From the human T2T-CHM13v2.0 reference genome, Homo sapiens, in the NCBI RefSeq assembly GCF_009914755.1, contig NC_060926.1: DNA of 64,000 bases. One strand, 5' to 3'. Positions 16,425 through 30,100 of this stretch are shown in pieces. Each line of letters opens with the position of its first letter. Position 1 is the first letter of the stretch. The notes beneath the pieces were generated by a model. The model saw only the letters and a program-made list of their open reading frames with translations, was not told the origin of the DNA and did not search any database. Position numbers and translations under genes: made by a program.

Positions 16425-18112
16425 GGTATTTTTTTTCTGGGGTCTGTGTATTCAGTGCCCCTGCATTGATCTGTAACTGCCCCCCCGATGCCTGCATTTG
16501 CTCAGGATGAAGATCTCAGGATCTGGGCCAATTACCAAGCTGTGAATAACCCCAGTCTCGCCCTCTGCAGGCCAGCAGCCCCCACAAGGTCATCAATTGT
16601 CCATCCTGTGTACCCTGGTGCTAGAGGCATTTGCATCCCGTGAAAGGATCATCAGCTCCCTGCAGAGCTCCAAGGATAAGCAACCCTTAAAAAAGACACC
16701 ATCGAAGCCAGCACAGCACCGCATCCATTGCACCATGAAAGGCAAGATGGGACAGTGTGACGGTGACAAGCAAAGCCAGCTCTGAGTCCTCAGTATGATC
16801 AACGCCAAGGAAACAATGCACCAGTCCCCTCCAAAATGAAGTCTCAGGCTGGGTAGTGCATTTCAAATTATTTTCAGCCCAAGCTCTCTTCACACAGAAG
16901 CTGCTGATTAGATATTTTTCTGTAGTATGAGAATCATTGCTGAAAATACAGATGACTCTGAGACACTCACTACTGGTATTTTCCAAATAAGACAAAATAG
17001 AACCATGAAATAAAACATAGGTCTCAGCTGTTTTCTTCCTGAAGATTGCTCCAGGATCTGATGACTTAGGCAACTGACCATGACGTAGCAGCTTCACGAG
17101 AACCTCAGAATGTTCCGTGAAAAAGTTGGGGAGGGTACAATAGAATGAGCTATAATAGAGGGATCCCTAAGCAGTAATCTGCCAAATATGGTGTTTCTGT
17201 TCAAATAGTACAGAGAAATCTGTCAAAAACAGATTATCTCACTACAAAATGGTTACAGATTTCAGTGAACAGTAGTTAGAAAGAAGGGATTTTATCCGAA
17301 GACAGATTGCGATGTTCATACTGAAATGGACAACGAGGTTGTTATGCATCTGCTCTAGGTATGCCGTCATTACGTAAGGCCCATAGAGATTGGGATAATT
17401 TCCACTTCCTGGACCTGGGCACAGGCTGTTCAGATTTAGAGGACAAATCTGCTGCTTGACTCCTGTGAGTGATTTGAGTGGTAGCCCTGGGCCTGCCCGA
17501 ACCCAAAGTCAGAAAGACATCACTGGATAGATCCTCTAAATGAGGGCAAGTGAGCCATAGCAAAACTCAGCGTGCCTGGTGTCTCCTGGCATCGAAGCTG
17601 CTGCTAACAGCCCCGGAGATGGGCCCAGAGTTCAGGGTGCTTCATCTTGCAAACTATTGCCTGGTTTCCTTTCCAGTGGGAGAAGAGTGCGCTTTATTGA
17701 TCAAAGCAAAGAGTCTATCATGATGGATTCTGAGGGGCCCGTGGAGCAATCAACCCTCCCGGAAGCTAGCAAACATTCTGTTCCATTGCTTGCATCACTG
17801 CATGAAGAGCTGCCGGAAAACTGAATCCAACAGAACAAGTCCCATCCAAAGAGAAAGAAGTGATGGACCGGTGCTGGGAGGCACCAGCATGGTAGAGGGG
17901 GCCTGGCCTTGAACCCCATCTCCCCTGCTTGTCATCTAGGAGGACTTCAGCAAGTCACTCAACCTCTTCATAATTAGACAAGACTTTTGTACACAGCATT
18001 AGACAGGCATTTGGTAAAGCACTATACAACTACAGGAGATAACAATAATTTTCATGTTGGAAACCATCGCAGTCTTGAAACTACAACAGGCTCTTAGGAT
18101 TTTTCTTTAAAC

Positions 18113-18262
18113 CAGTGGTGCTTAAAGTGTGGTCCTCTCACCAGCCTTACGTAGAAATTGGTTAATAATGCAAATTGTCAAACCCTGAACCCACTGAATC
18201 AGAAATCGTGGTGGGGAAAAGAGGGCAGGTGGAGAAATCAGTGTTTAACCAGCCCTGCACTA
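18113..18262. mobile_element. MER5-like hAT fragment
   Basis: cagtggtgcttaaagtgtggtcc...aatgcaaatt...ccactgaatcagaaatc. Confidence 0.6.
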
Positions 18263-19425
18263 GCGATATGTCTGAAGTAGGTGTGATTCCATCCCAAGAT
18301 GACCTCCACTGCCTTCTTTAGCCCACCAGACCCTCCTCAGCCAGGGACAAACAGAGGGGTGACTGAGAATCAGAGAAGAAGGGCCATCCCCTGTACCTGC
18401 CTTTGGAGGAGTTCAGGCTAAATGGAAGTAAGAACAGCATGCGTAGAAAATTGGCAAATGATCAGAGGTCACCAGAAAGTGTGCTGATGTACCCTGCAGG
18501 GACTGTCACTGCCACAGAGCATGATGGGTAGGGAAGGCGAGCGTGGGTCACCGGGGAAGTTTGTTGGATGTGAAAAGGCAGAGAAGAGGAAGGAGCTCCT
18601 GGTGTGTGTTTGGTTGAGGGGCAGGAGGGGTGGGGAGGAGTAGGCATGAAGGCCAAGTAGGAAGCAGGGCAGGTGGGATGAGACACAAGAAAAACCAGCT
18701 TACAGGGTCCAAGTAATTCTCGTAAGGGCACCTCTGAGCCTGAAGCTGGTTTTTCTTATTCAGTTCAGATACAGATTCTCTTAAATTAGTAAACTGCACA
18801 GGCCCTTCCAAGTTACATACTGTGCTTAATCCTCAAGCCCCCCGAATCTATCTTCTCCCCAATGCCAACCATGTCAGGCCTATAAATAGACAAGCTTCAG
18901 GGGAAGGAGTGGCTGAAATTACACGGTTTATTAGGATGATTATATATTATTTATGTAATAATTACATACATGATTATATAACATTATAATCATGTCTGTA
19001 TTCTAGCTTTATTAACCATAAAATATCATTTTTGTTTTTAAGGCTTTTACAGTTTCTTAAAAGATTTTAATTATCTGTAATTTTATTCAAATACACCCTG
19101 AGGTTTTAGGATGAAGGATGCTGCTCTAAAAATCTAAAAAATAAATAAATATTTGGCATCTACTATTATTTCAAGAAATGTAGTCTAATATTAAAAGGTC
19201 TGGTTGTCCCAATGCGTGGTTGAGAAGGATGCTATCTGGTTTGAAATCATCATGGATGAAATCATTTATTTATTCATTCATTCAACCCTCAAAAATGTGC
19301 TGAGTGCCTGCTATATGCCAGGCAATGCACAGGAACACCTTGGGATAGATTTTCTCTGCCACTAGGAGAGACTGAAGGGGACCCCTGGGTTCTAGAGAAG
19401 AGCCTGTCGCCAGCTCTCAGCAGGC

Positions 19426-19743
19426 TTTTGTTTTGTTTTTTTGGTTTTTGGTTTTTTTGTTGTTGTTGAGACAGAGTCTCCAGCTCAGGCTGGAGTGCAA
19501 TGGCACTATCTCAGTTCACTGCTATCTCCGCCTCCCAGGTTCAAACTATTCTCCTGCCTCAGCCTCCTGAGTAGCTGGGGTTACAGGTACCCGCCACCAT
19601 GCCCAGCTAATTTTTGTATTTTTAATAGAGATGGGGTAGCGCCATGTTGGCCAGGCTGGTCTCTAATTCCTGTCCTCAAGTGATCTGCCCACCTCAGCCC
19701 CTCAAAGCACTGGGGTTACAGGCATGAGACACCATGCCTGGCT
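19426..19743 (-). mobile_element. AluS-type SINE
   Basis: A T/G-rich tail followed by gagacagagtctc...ggctggagtgcaatgg...accatgcctggc. Confidence 0.92.
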
Positions 19744-20109
19744 TCTGCAGACTTTTTTAAATGTTGCTCTAAACTAAAGGTGTTGGTCAAGGCAGACTGA
19801 CGCTCTGCTCTCTCTGTGAGCACTGTGTCCATAACAGGTATTCCGATGCGGGTCACTAAAAAGAACATTGAAGGAGAAAAACAGACCAAGAGATTTCCCT
19901 CCAGGAACTGTGCAGGGACTGGAGCATAGCCCAGGAGTTCTGAAATGCAGAAGCCAGTGACCTCACACCAGGGACCAGCAATGAAGTCCCCAATGCCTCC
20001 TTGGAGTGCTCTTCTCCCTCCGTCACCCCTCACCCATGCACGCCTTACAGCTCTGATGGGCCACTCATCAGCCCATCTAAGCCATAATCCAGACACTGAC
20101 AAAATAGAA

Positions 20110-20420
20110 GCACCAAAATACATGTTAGAAAGACTTTGCTGTTTGGAATACTTCAAAAACCATCCACAATTATCTGATAAAGACTATTAAAAACTCCTCT
20201 CTTTTAAGCACATGTGTGAGGCCAGATTTTCTTCACATAATTCAAGCAGATATGAGAATCCAGTTTCTTCCATTAAGGCACACATTAAGAGACTTGAAGC
20301 AATGCCACTCTTTGCATTACATTTTTGGGTACATATATTTTCATGAAAATATGTAATTTATGTTAATATGCAATGGATTCATTAATGTTTTGAAATAACT
20401 TAACAAATATCTTCATGTCT
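20110..20420. mobile_element. hAT-Charlie DNA transposon fragment
   Basis: gcagatatgagaatccagtttcttccattaaggcacacattaagagac...aatgccactct resembles a Charlie-family terminal region. Confidence 0.5.
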
Positions 20421-20492
20421 GAAAAAAAAATCATCCAAGTAATCATCATGGGGGAAATGAGAATTTTGCTGGACCTTCTTATACTTGTTTGA

Positions 20493-20814
<322 letters not shown>

Positions 20815-22204
20815 TCATGTTATTTTTAAATTTTGATTACATATCCAGAGCTCCTTTAACTGTTTAGTTTCCTAAAGACTGCGTTAGCAGGAGAAAAAGA
20901 ACATAATAACCTAATTCACACTTGGATGTTCATGACTATTCCAGCTTAGACCTCTGCCAAGCACAGTTCTACTGAAAAGCAAAGCCTATGCGGTTAGACT
21001 TGGGATAGTTGCAGATGACTCATGGCACAGACAGTTTAAATAGGATGGTTCTCAGAACTTCCCTCAAACCATATCTTGGGTGGCAATTGCCTGTTTCATG
21101 CACTTGCCAGGGAGAGTGGGAAGGATAGTTGCTCTCATGATTTCTGTGCAGTGGAGGAAGGTTTTTCATATCTACTCAACATAGAAGTTACCCTCCTTCC
21201 ATCAGAATTCAGGGCCAACTGCAGAGCTCCTGGTTCTTCTGCAGCAAAACAAGAGACCCCGCAAAATAGTAGGGACAAAAGCCATTTTAAAATTCTGCAT
21301 CAGAGAGCCATGGTAAAGACCTTGAGGGTCACTTCCTGGAGAAAAGGAAACTCGTTTAGTTCTGCCTGAGTAGGAACTGGTGGCGTTGGAGCCAGCCAAA
21401 TGCAGCTGATAGCAACACAACATAAATATGACCCCGAGAAACCACGTTTGGGACTCAGAATGACTTTTCTGGCACAGACTAGCACAGAACATGGAGCAGC
21501 ATGAAACACAAAAGAAAATGTGTTCATGATGTAGAAATAAAACCATAGCAGTAAAAGGCGAAGAATAAAGTAAGGCCCTGAGGGAGAGATTTCCCTGGGT
21601 CAGGTGTTTCTAAGAGATGCATAAATTTCACTCTAAAAAGAGATTGGAAATTAAAGCAGACCCTAAAATGTGTAGTGAATAGAGTGACCTGTATGTCCTC
21701 ATGCTTAGGTTAACTGGCCAGCAAACACCACCCAGCTCTTCTTTCGTAGTATGGATATCCTTAATTAATCATTCCATGCCTACCATACCCAGCATGCATT
21801 GAAGAGCGAGTTTGGGAATTTTTGCAGATGCAGATCTCAGTGAGGAAAACCCATCTGGTGAAAACAGTCAAGATAATAAAGCCCCACATAGACAGATCAA
21901 CTCACTTAGTTTTCTCCCAGAATAGGGTCTGAAGAAAGCCTAACTCTGTCTGAAAATGTGTTTCATATTCATACCAGTCCCAGATCTGGAAAGAGGATTG
22001 ATATTCCAAGGGAAGCCTTACCTTACAAGTTGCCAAAAGATGTTTATCCTAAGAAGACACACAGCACATCCTTCCAGGTCTCTGGCCCCCTCAGGTTTCA
22101 AAGATTTGATGCCAGCCCAAGTTCAGCCCATCATCCTCCAGGCCTTCATCTCCCCTCCCCTTCTCTGTGCATCAGATCAGCACCATCTTGTAGAAACTAT
22201 CTGA

Positions 22205-22840
<636 letters not shown>

Positions 22841-25800
22841 TTGCCAGTGCATTTTCCCTGTCAGTCCGAAATGGCCCAGAGAAAGCCAGGCCTCTGTGCC
22901 CACAAGACCTGGCCTGGCAGTCAATGACAGCTCCCCTCCTCGGCCCAGGAGAGGACCTCTCTTCTCATCTTGGCTTTGCTATCTGAGCCACTAGTCTGAG
23001 CTCCAGCAAAACAGTTAAATACTTATTTAAAATTTCTGAGAGGCTGTCTTATTTCTTCATGTGAATTAGAAAAGACTATTTTTAAAACCTAGGGGAAAGC
23101 AGGTCCTCACCAGTGACCTGTGTGTGCACTTTACACTTAAGAAGCTCTGGCCTCCGGAAGGAGCCCGCATCCCGTCTGGGGAAGGTGGATGTCGAGCCCT
23201 CTTTGGGCCAGGCAGCCAGCCACAGGTCAGTGGAGCAGCCCGCTGGAGGGCCAGGAGATAAGAGTGGGTTCCTAGAGGGCTAAGTGGGAAAATGTGCCTG
23301 AGACGCTTCTTCAAAAATCGAACCCAGGGTGTGTAGGAAGATCAGAACCTCTTGTACCTGGAAGCAGTGACTAGATAATTCACGAAATGATTTAGTGGCC
23401 CCATAACCTCCTCAAAGGGCTCGGAGATTTCACCATTAGCACTTCTGCCTGAAATTGAAGACAGTGCTACCCAGGAGGACTCAGCCCTTACCACCACAGG
23501 GTGAAGCAGGAACCGAGTGACAGGTTCTGAAAGAGGAAAATCCGGGAAAGAATGCAAAGTGGCAGACAGGGTGTGGTGGGCCATACTGCCTGGGTCTCTG
23601 TTGGTGCCAGACATGGTGCACAGGTCTAGGCAGGCAAGAAAGGAGCCAGGGACTATGGCAGCAATTCAGGCAATGATTAAAGCCATTCTTTGGGATTCTT
23701 CAGGCTGTTTCAGGGCAGGTTTAGAACAAATACCCACTTCCACAAGGCCAGCAGTTAATGCCAAATGGCAAAGTCCTAGGGTTATCAATCCATGTATTCA
23801 CGTGTTCAATAAATGCATATTGAATAGCAAGGTCCCAATTTAACTCCTTAGAAAGCTCATCCATCTCCCCCACGTAACTGTAACTGTGTTTCCTTTTATC
23901 TGGAATCCTGAATCTGTGACCCCCTCCCTCTCCCTTCCTTGCTCTTTCTTATCTGGGTTGCTTGAGTGCTCATTGTATGAACAAAGTTCTGTAGGAGGAC
24001 AGGGCATAGGGCAACAGACTCTTCCAGAGCCGTTGGCCAAGGCTTCTGAGCAATGACATAAAAAGGCAGGTCTTAAAGGTTGAATGGAAATTTGCCATGC
24101 AGAAAAATGAGAGAAGAGCATCCCAGGCAAAAGACACAATGGTTGTAAACAACAGAGCAGAGAGAAAGGTCAGCTAGGTGGGATCCAACTGTAAGACCTC
24201 ACATGCTGCCCCAGGCCAACTCAGAGAACAGACTTGCACAAAGGGTCTCCAGGCTTGTATAGGTTTCTTTCGGCACATGCTGAGCTGGAATGTGTTTGGT
24301 CTCTTCTGTAATTTCACTTGCAAACATCTGATTTCACATTTCTTTTTTTCTAAACAGACACAAAAATAATCCCCAAATTTGACATGCCCAGAACTTCCAA
24401 ACATCCTCAAGTCTGTGAGCTATTCTTACAAACAACATAAGTGACTTCCACATTTTCCACCAACGCAGCTGTAGCACTTTTAATGTTTACAATCCTGTGT
24501 CACCCTGGGTCTGAGATGTTCTTCCAATTAAACTCTGGTTACACTTCTCTTTCCAAGTGCGAAAGAATCCAATTAAAGTTAATGAAAGCAATCAGTCTGC
24601 AAGTCTCGGGGTGTTCTGCCCCATTTGTGAATACAGGTAATAACACCACTGACCTCATGGAGAGAGGAGGCACCATCGTTCTCTGCAAATGAGCCAGACC
24701 TGAGCCATCCAGGGAAACCTGGAATTTAGGAGGTCACCCTATTTGGGTTCCCCCACAATGCTCAGGATCCCATTAAGCATTAGCTGTGGGAGCCTGTCCT
24801 CTAAGGAGCTTCAGACTCATTTGGCTGCCATATGGCTTGAGCTTAGCAGTGCTTCTTTTCCCATAAGCCTGAAATCCTGGGTCACTCTATGCTTATTTTC
24901 AGGAAGTCATTCATTGCACTATCCTAGATTTCCTAACTGGCTTCAATGAGGCAGCTCTTATCCCCCAAAGAATAACACCATTAGCGCACCACCAGGCCCT
25001 GAGGTTGAATGAGCTCAAGTTCTCTGAGTTCACCTGACCTCTCCAGCCCTCGATGTTAAATCTCAAGGAACCAGGGGAACCTCGTGGGGCTCTGCTCAGA
25101 GGTTCAACCTAGGACCCTTCAGGAAGCATCCGCGAGGCTCACATCCCCATCATATTGGTAGCTCCCCGGACACATCCCTCAGATGTATGCATAAGTCAGG
25201 AGCGAGACTCACCATCATTCATTCCCAAGAGGGCCTGTTTTCCCCGAGCCTCTCTTCCTGCCCTGTTGAGTTGAATAACCTCACACTCCTCTAAGTAGCG
25301 TTGGCTCTTCACTATTCTGCACCTATGTGAAGGCTGACTCTTGACAGTCGTTTCTTGGCAGAATCGTGCCATTTTGACCTTAAGAAAATTGTCCCATCAT
25401 TTCTGTTTCCTTGTAACACTGCCCTTAGACGTGAGAATCTGACACCAGTGAATGAGCCCAGCCCTGTTCTCGGGGAGCTTCCGCTCTGGCTGGGGAAACA
25501 GAGCTGACACTGAGAGCAGCTGGAACTGAACGAGGCAGTAAATAATTAAGTGCTACTCAATTACATAATTGATTAATTATAACTAATTGCTACTTAAATG
25601 AACTGCTCTAGTCCACATTGATCTCCTCGGCTCTGCCCTCCTCGAGCAGTAGCCACGGTCTGAGCCACTCACTGGGGCTTTCACACATTGTCTGGAACCC
25701 TGTCTATCCTCTCATGTGTGAGCCTCCCCTCTCCTGACTGCCAGTGCCCCCAAGGGCAGTGCCAGGTCTTTTCCAGCTAATGACAGGCCCTGGTCTCTTG

Positions 25801-26334
25801 CTCCTCTAGCTCTCACAGCAGAATCAGCCCATTCAAAGCATAAGACTCCTTCCATAATGAATACTTGCCTAGTAAGGTCAAAAACATGGACCAGTGTTCA
25901 CGTAGACTATGTGCCCCAGCTTCTTGTGCCTATGAGTATAAACTAGCGTCTCGCAATTATAATCGATTTTGCTTCAGGAGCTCCCGTAGTATGTCACTAG
26001 ATATCTCTAGGAGCCTCTGGGAATGGCACCATGTGTGCTCTTCCATTCCTCAACCCTGTACTGTTGAGCCACCAAGATGGCGCTTCTACAGTCCATGTCA
26101 CTGGCCACACTGCCCTACTGGGTCTGTCCTATGGCCTCCACTCTGACGGCTCCTGCAAGATCCTCCCTTCCCTCGTGCTTTGTTTGACAGATGATAGAAG
26201 GAAGAGCAAGCCAGGGAGTTGCCCACCTCCCTAAGCCTGCCTGTATTTCTTTAGGGTTCGAATCCCCCACTAGGCGCTAAGCAACTTGAGAAGTCTTCAC
26301 TCATCACCAGGTCACCAGATGCTGGAAGAGACCA

Positions 26335-26725
26335 CTGCATTCACTTGCTGTGGCTGCCATAACAAAATCCCACTGACTGGGTGGCTTAAACAACAGAAAT
26401 GTATTTTCTCCCAATTCCGGGAGGGAGAAGTTCAAGGTCAAGATGTCAGGAGGTTTGATTTCATTCTGAAGCCCCTTCTGGACTTGTACATGGCCACTTT
26501 CCTGCTGTGTCTTCCCATGGTCTTTTCTCTGTGTTTGTCTCTGTCCTAATCTCTTCTTCTTATAAAGATGCCTGTCATACTGGATTAGGGCCTACCTAGA
26601 TTATGTAATTTTACATTAATTACCTCTTTAAAAGCCTTATCTCCAAATACAGTCACATTCTGAGGTGCTGGGGGTTAGTCAGGACTTCAACATATGAGTT
26701 TTAGGAGGAGCACTACAGCCCACTC
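26335..26725 (-). mobile_element. MaLR LTR (MLT1A-C-like)
   Basis: ggctgccataacaaaatcccactgactgggtggcttaaacaacagaaatgtattttctc...tctccaaatacagtcacattctgagg. Confidence 0.82.
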
Positions 26726-26981
26726 CAACCACTAGTAGTCTACATGCTTAATAAATGTGTGGGCTTGGTGGAATGGTGGGATGGGCAGGCAGCCAGATGG
26801 TTGGACTCAAAAACAGAACAGCTGCTAAACAGGTGTTGGCTGGAGACAGAGCAGAAGGTGGGATGAGAGGCTTGGGAGAGCCTCGCCCAGTCTGGGTCTT
26901 TCATACTCAGCCACACCCTCTCCTTTCTCCCTGAAAGGGGCCTGCTTTTTAGGATGACAATTCCCTTTGTTTCCTTCACAG

Positions 26982-27114
26982 CCCAAGAACAGAAACACAG
27001 TGCTGGTAAGGCCTGGAGAGCAATGATAAGGAATGTGCCACCTGAGACTTGCCGTCCCCGCACGAGCCACCCTCTGGGGACGGCCCTGCTCTCTTTGGAG
27101 GAGAGAGAAGACAG
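26982..27114 (+). other. Candidate internal exon (133 nt) of an unidentified + strand transcript
   Basis: Strong acceptor ttccctttgtttccttcacag and consensus donor CAG|GTAAGC. One frame is open throughout. No transcript evidence is available. Confidence 0.3.
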
Positions 27115-30100
27115 GTAAGCACTGAATGCTGCCCAGGCCGGTTTCCCAGTGACTCCAGGAAATTCTCTCTAACCCAACACTGAGAAGCAGACTTTGTGAA
27201 TAACAAACATCTGCAAGGGACACAAAGCCCCCCAAACCAGAGCCTGTTTCTCTCCCTGTGCAGCGGACTCACTGCTGTCATAGAACAGGCACCGCACTCC
27301 CAGTGGCAGGAGAGGCCCATAATTATGGTGGGACTGAGAGATCGCTCAGGGTCAGCAAAACAGAGGGGAGGAAATTGCTGCACAGATTGGCTCAAATATC
27401 AGACTCAACGAAAAAGAAAACACAATTTGTTCATTTGGAAAATGACTCTAGAGACGTGAATGCCCCAGGCATTGTCGCAATACCAGGGAAACAGCGACAG
27501 CCTGCAGAGCTGGGGGGTTCCCTGGGGGAGCAAAGGCCACATGCTCCTTTGAGACAGGAGAGCGGCTTGATGGGCCAATAGCAGAGGTAACCTTCTCTTG
27601 TGTTCGTGAGTGCAGGCATTCATGAGCCATGAGTCAGCTGGGCTCGCCAGCATCTTTGAGGGTACAAGACTCTGGCCTGAGCTCCCAGAACAACGGACAC
27701 TGCAGGGCACAGCACAACACTTCCAGGGTGCAGGGCCCTTGGAAGGACAGCAGGTGGGACATTGGGGGTGTGTACAATGGCCACTTCTGCATCTGTCAAC
27801 TCCAGAACCCATCTTGCAAGCCTCTTTCCCACCATTTCCTCCTCTGTTGTAGTGACCCAGGACAGAGGACAGGGGCAGCATTGGCCGTGGGTAGACAGAG
27901 GCCTGAATGCTGTGGGCCAGCATCATACTAGGTGGCTTCTGGGTCAGGTGACCACCCACCTGGTTTGCCCAGGATGGCCCAGGTTCACACCTATGGTCCC
28001 AGCATGATCATCAACATCCAAAGTATCCCCATTTGAATACTAAATTAAACAGATGTCCTAATTCTCTTGAATATTACAGTACACGATCCCCACCCTCCCA
28101 CGCCTTTTAGTCATGACATTTATGATGGGTCCAAGCTCTGCCTGGAAAAGGGACAGTGGGTCGGGGCCTCTACACAGGGCAGGTGGGTTCTCCCCTTAGG
28201 AATTATGAACATAGGGCTGACTAGAGGATCGGTGTGTGCCTGGAGACATCACTCAGCCCAGGTGGCTGCTCCAACCAAGCCCACACTGAGCACACTGTGC
28301 TGTTGTCTCAGTGGTCTGGGAGCCCACTGACCATTGCAGCCCCCCGAGGTAAGGCCTGGCTGAATTCCTGCAGATGAGCTGCCCCCAACCTTCTCCTGCT
28401 CCTGTATCTTTGCCTGAAAGCCCCATCTTGAAATGTCCTGCAGACAGGGCTCTACCTTCACATCCTGCCTAGGGTGATGCTAGATCCATCCTCAGACAGA
28501 GACAAATAGCTATTTCCCAACTATAGCTGGGAGGTTTGTCATCATTAGGGGCTGGCAAAAAGCAGGGAACAGGGGATGGCTCTGTGATTGAGTGACAGAA
28601 GTTGGAACTTGAAGAGTAGGGAAGTTTTAGGTCTTTGAGGGGGTGTGCAGCAGGAAGAAAGACATGAGAGCATTGTGGCCCCAATGTGGGAAAGTCACCT
28701 GGACAGGCACTCTGGGTCAGGCCCTGAACCCATTCTGAGAGGCCCAGGATGCCTGGCACTCACTGTCACCCTGCCTCGGATCCTGCTAGCCACACCATTT
28801 CATCTAATGACACTGCCTGGGATTTAATGGACTCTTAAACATAATGCTGCTATTGTGGACAAAGTTTAGTTTTAGCTAATGAAGTCATTGTAAGTTGAAA
28901 TAAAGAGCAGAGATTGAAATGCTCACAATCATTCAGTGAAATGGAATGACTTCATAGTCGGCACAAAACATGGGACGCTCTCTCCTGGTCTCCCCCCAGG
29001 GGTTTCTGGCCAGGCTGTTGGTGAGGGTGGGTGGGTTTGGCAGATCCGGGGAGGCACAGGCCTTCTGTGCTCATTCACATGATCTCATGGTTTCCACTGC
29101 TTTCTGTTTGCACAGGAGCCGTCTCTGTGTTTATGGCCTTTAAAATTCCAATTTTTATTCTCATTATTCTAGTTTTGTTTGTGAAAGTTCGCTTAGCAGC
29201 TCTAAGCATGAAGTTACGTAAAGAGAGGAGTATTTCCTTTGACCACCTGGAGAAAGCACTAGAAAGTAGGTAATACCTACCACTTTAGAAATAGAAAGCA
29301 AATATGAAGGATTTTTTTTAATCCCAGCAGTTATTTAAAAGATAAACAGTAAATACAAGTGGAATTATACCAACTAACCATACTACCAGCAGTCAATTGC
29401 TGTAGAATAAACATCCTTATTTCCAGGGTGTTCTAATATATTCGAAGACATGGAGAATGGCACCAAAAGAATTTATCACTGACAATTGCTAAATTAGATA
29501 TTCCCGAGGTTTGCCTATATGGATGACAACATTTTTAGCACTTCAAGGTCCTTGGAAGAAAAACTCTGTATAAAAATTCAGGACGATATTGTTATCATCA
29601 ACATGTTAAAATTGACTGAGATTGTTACAGCAGTTTTAAAATCAAACAGACCTAAAAAGAAGGGGAAAATTACATGTGTACTCTATATTTGGATTTTTAT
29701 ACATGAGATTTAACACATAATGTTGTGATGTTTGTTTCAGATAAATTCCTTTTTACCAAAGGTGTTTCTTCTGAGCCAATCAATGCATAGCTTAGCAGGA
29801 CCCATCAACCAAATAATATCCATTAACAACACTCCAATTAGCCAGGGCACCATATTTGACAGTTCAGTTCTCAACCTGTTCAACCATTCATTCCATTTTG
29901 GCTGCTGTCCTAATTAATGACTAATCTATAAAAAGGAGATAATAATACATACCTTATACATGCCACACACACATAATTATAAGAACAGAACCAGATTACA
30001 CACACGGTGGCACCTGGTGTGGGAGGTGCTTCGTAAACATTTGGATTTTCTGTTTCTTTTTTTTCCTAATATTCTGTAAACTCTTATTATCTTTACTCTT

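Noticed and set aside
27405-27959. 184-aa minus-strand ORF and a cluster of overlapping ORFs
   Set aside because: The local GC content lowers stop frequency, no domain is recognisable, and the start is not a convincing ATG.
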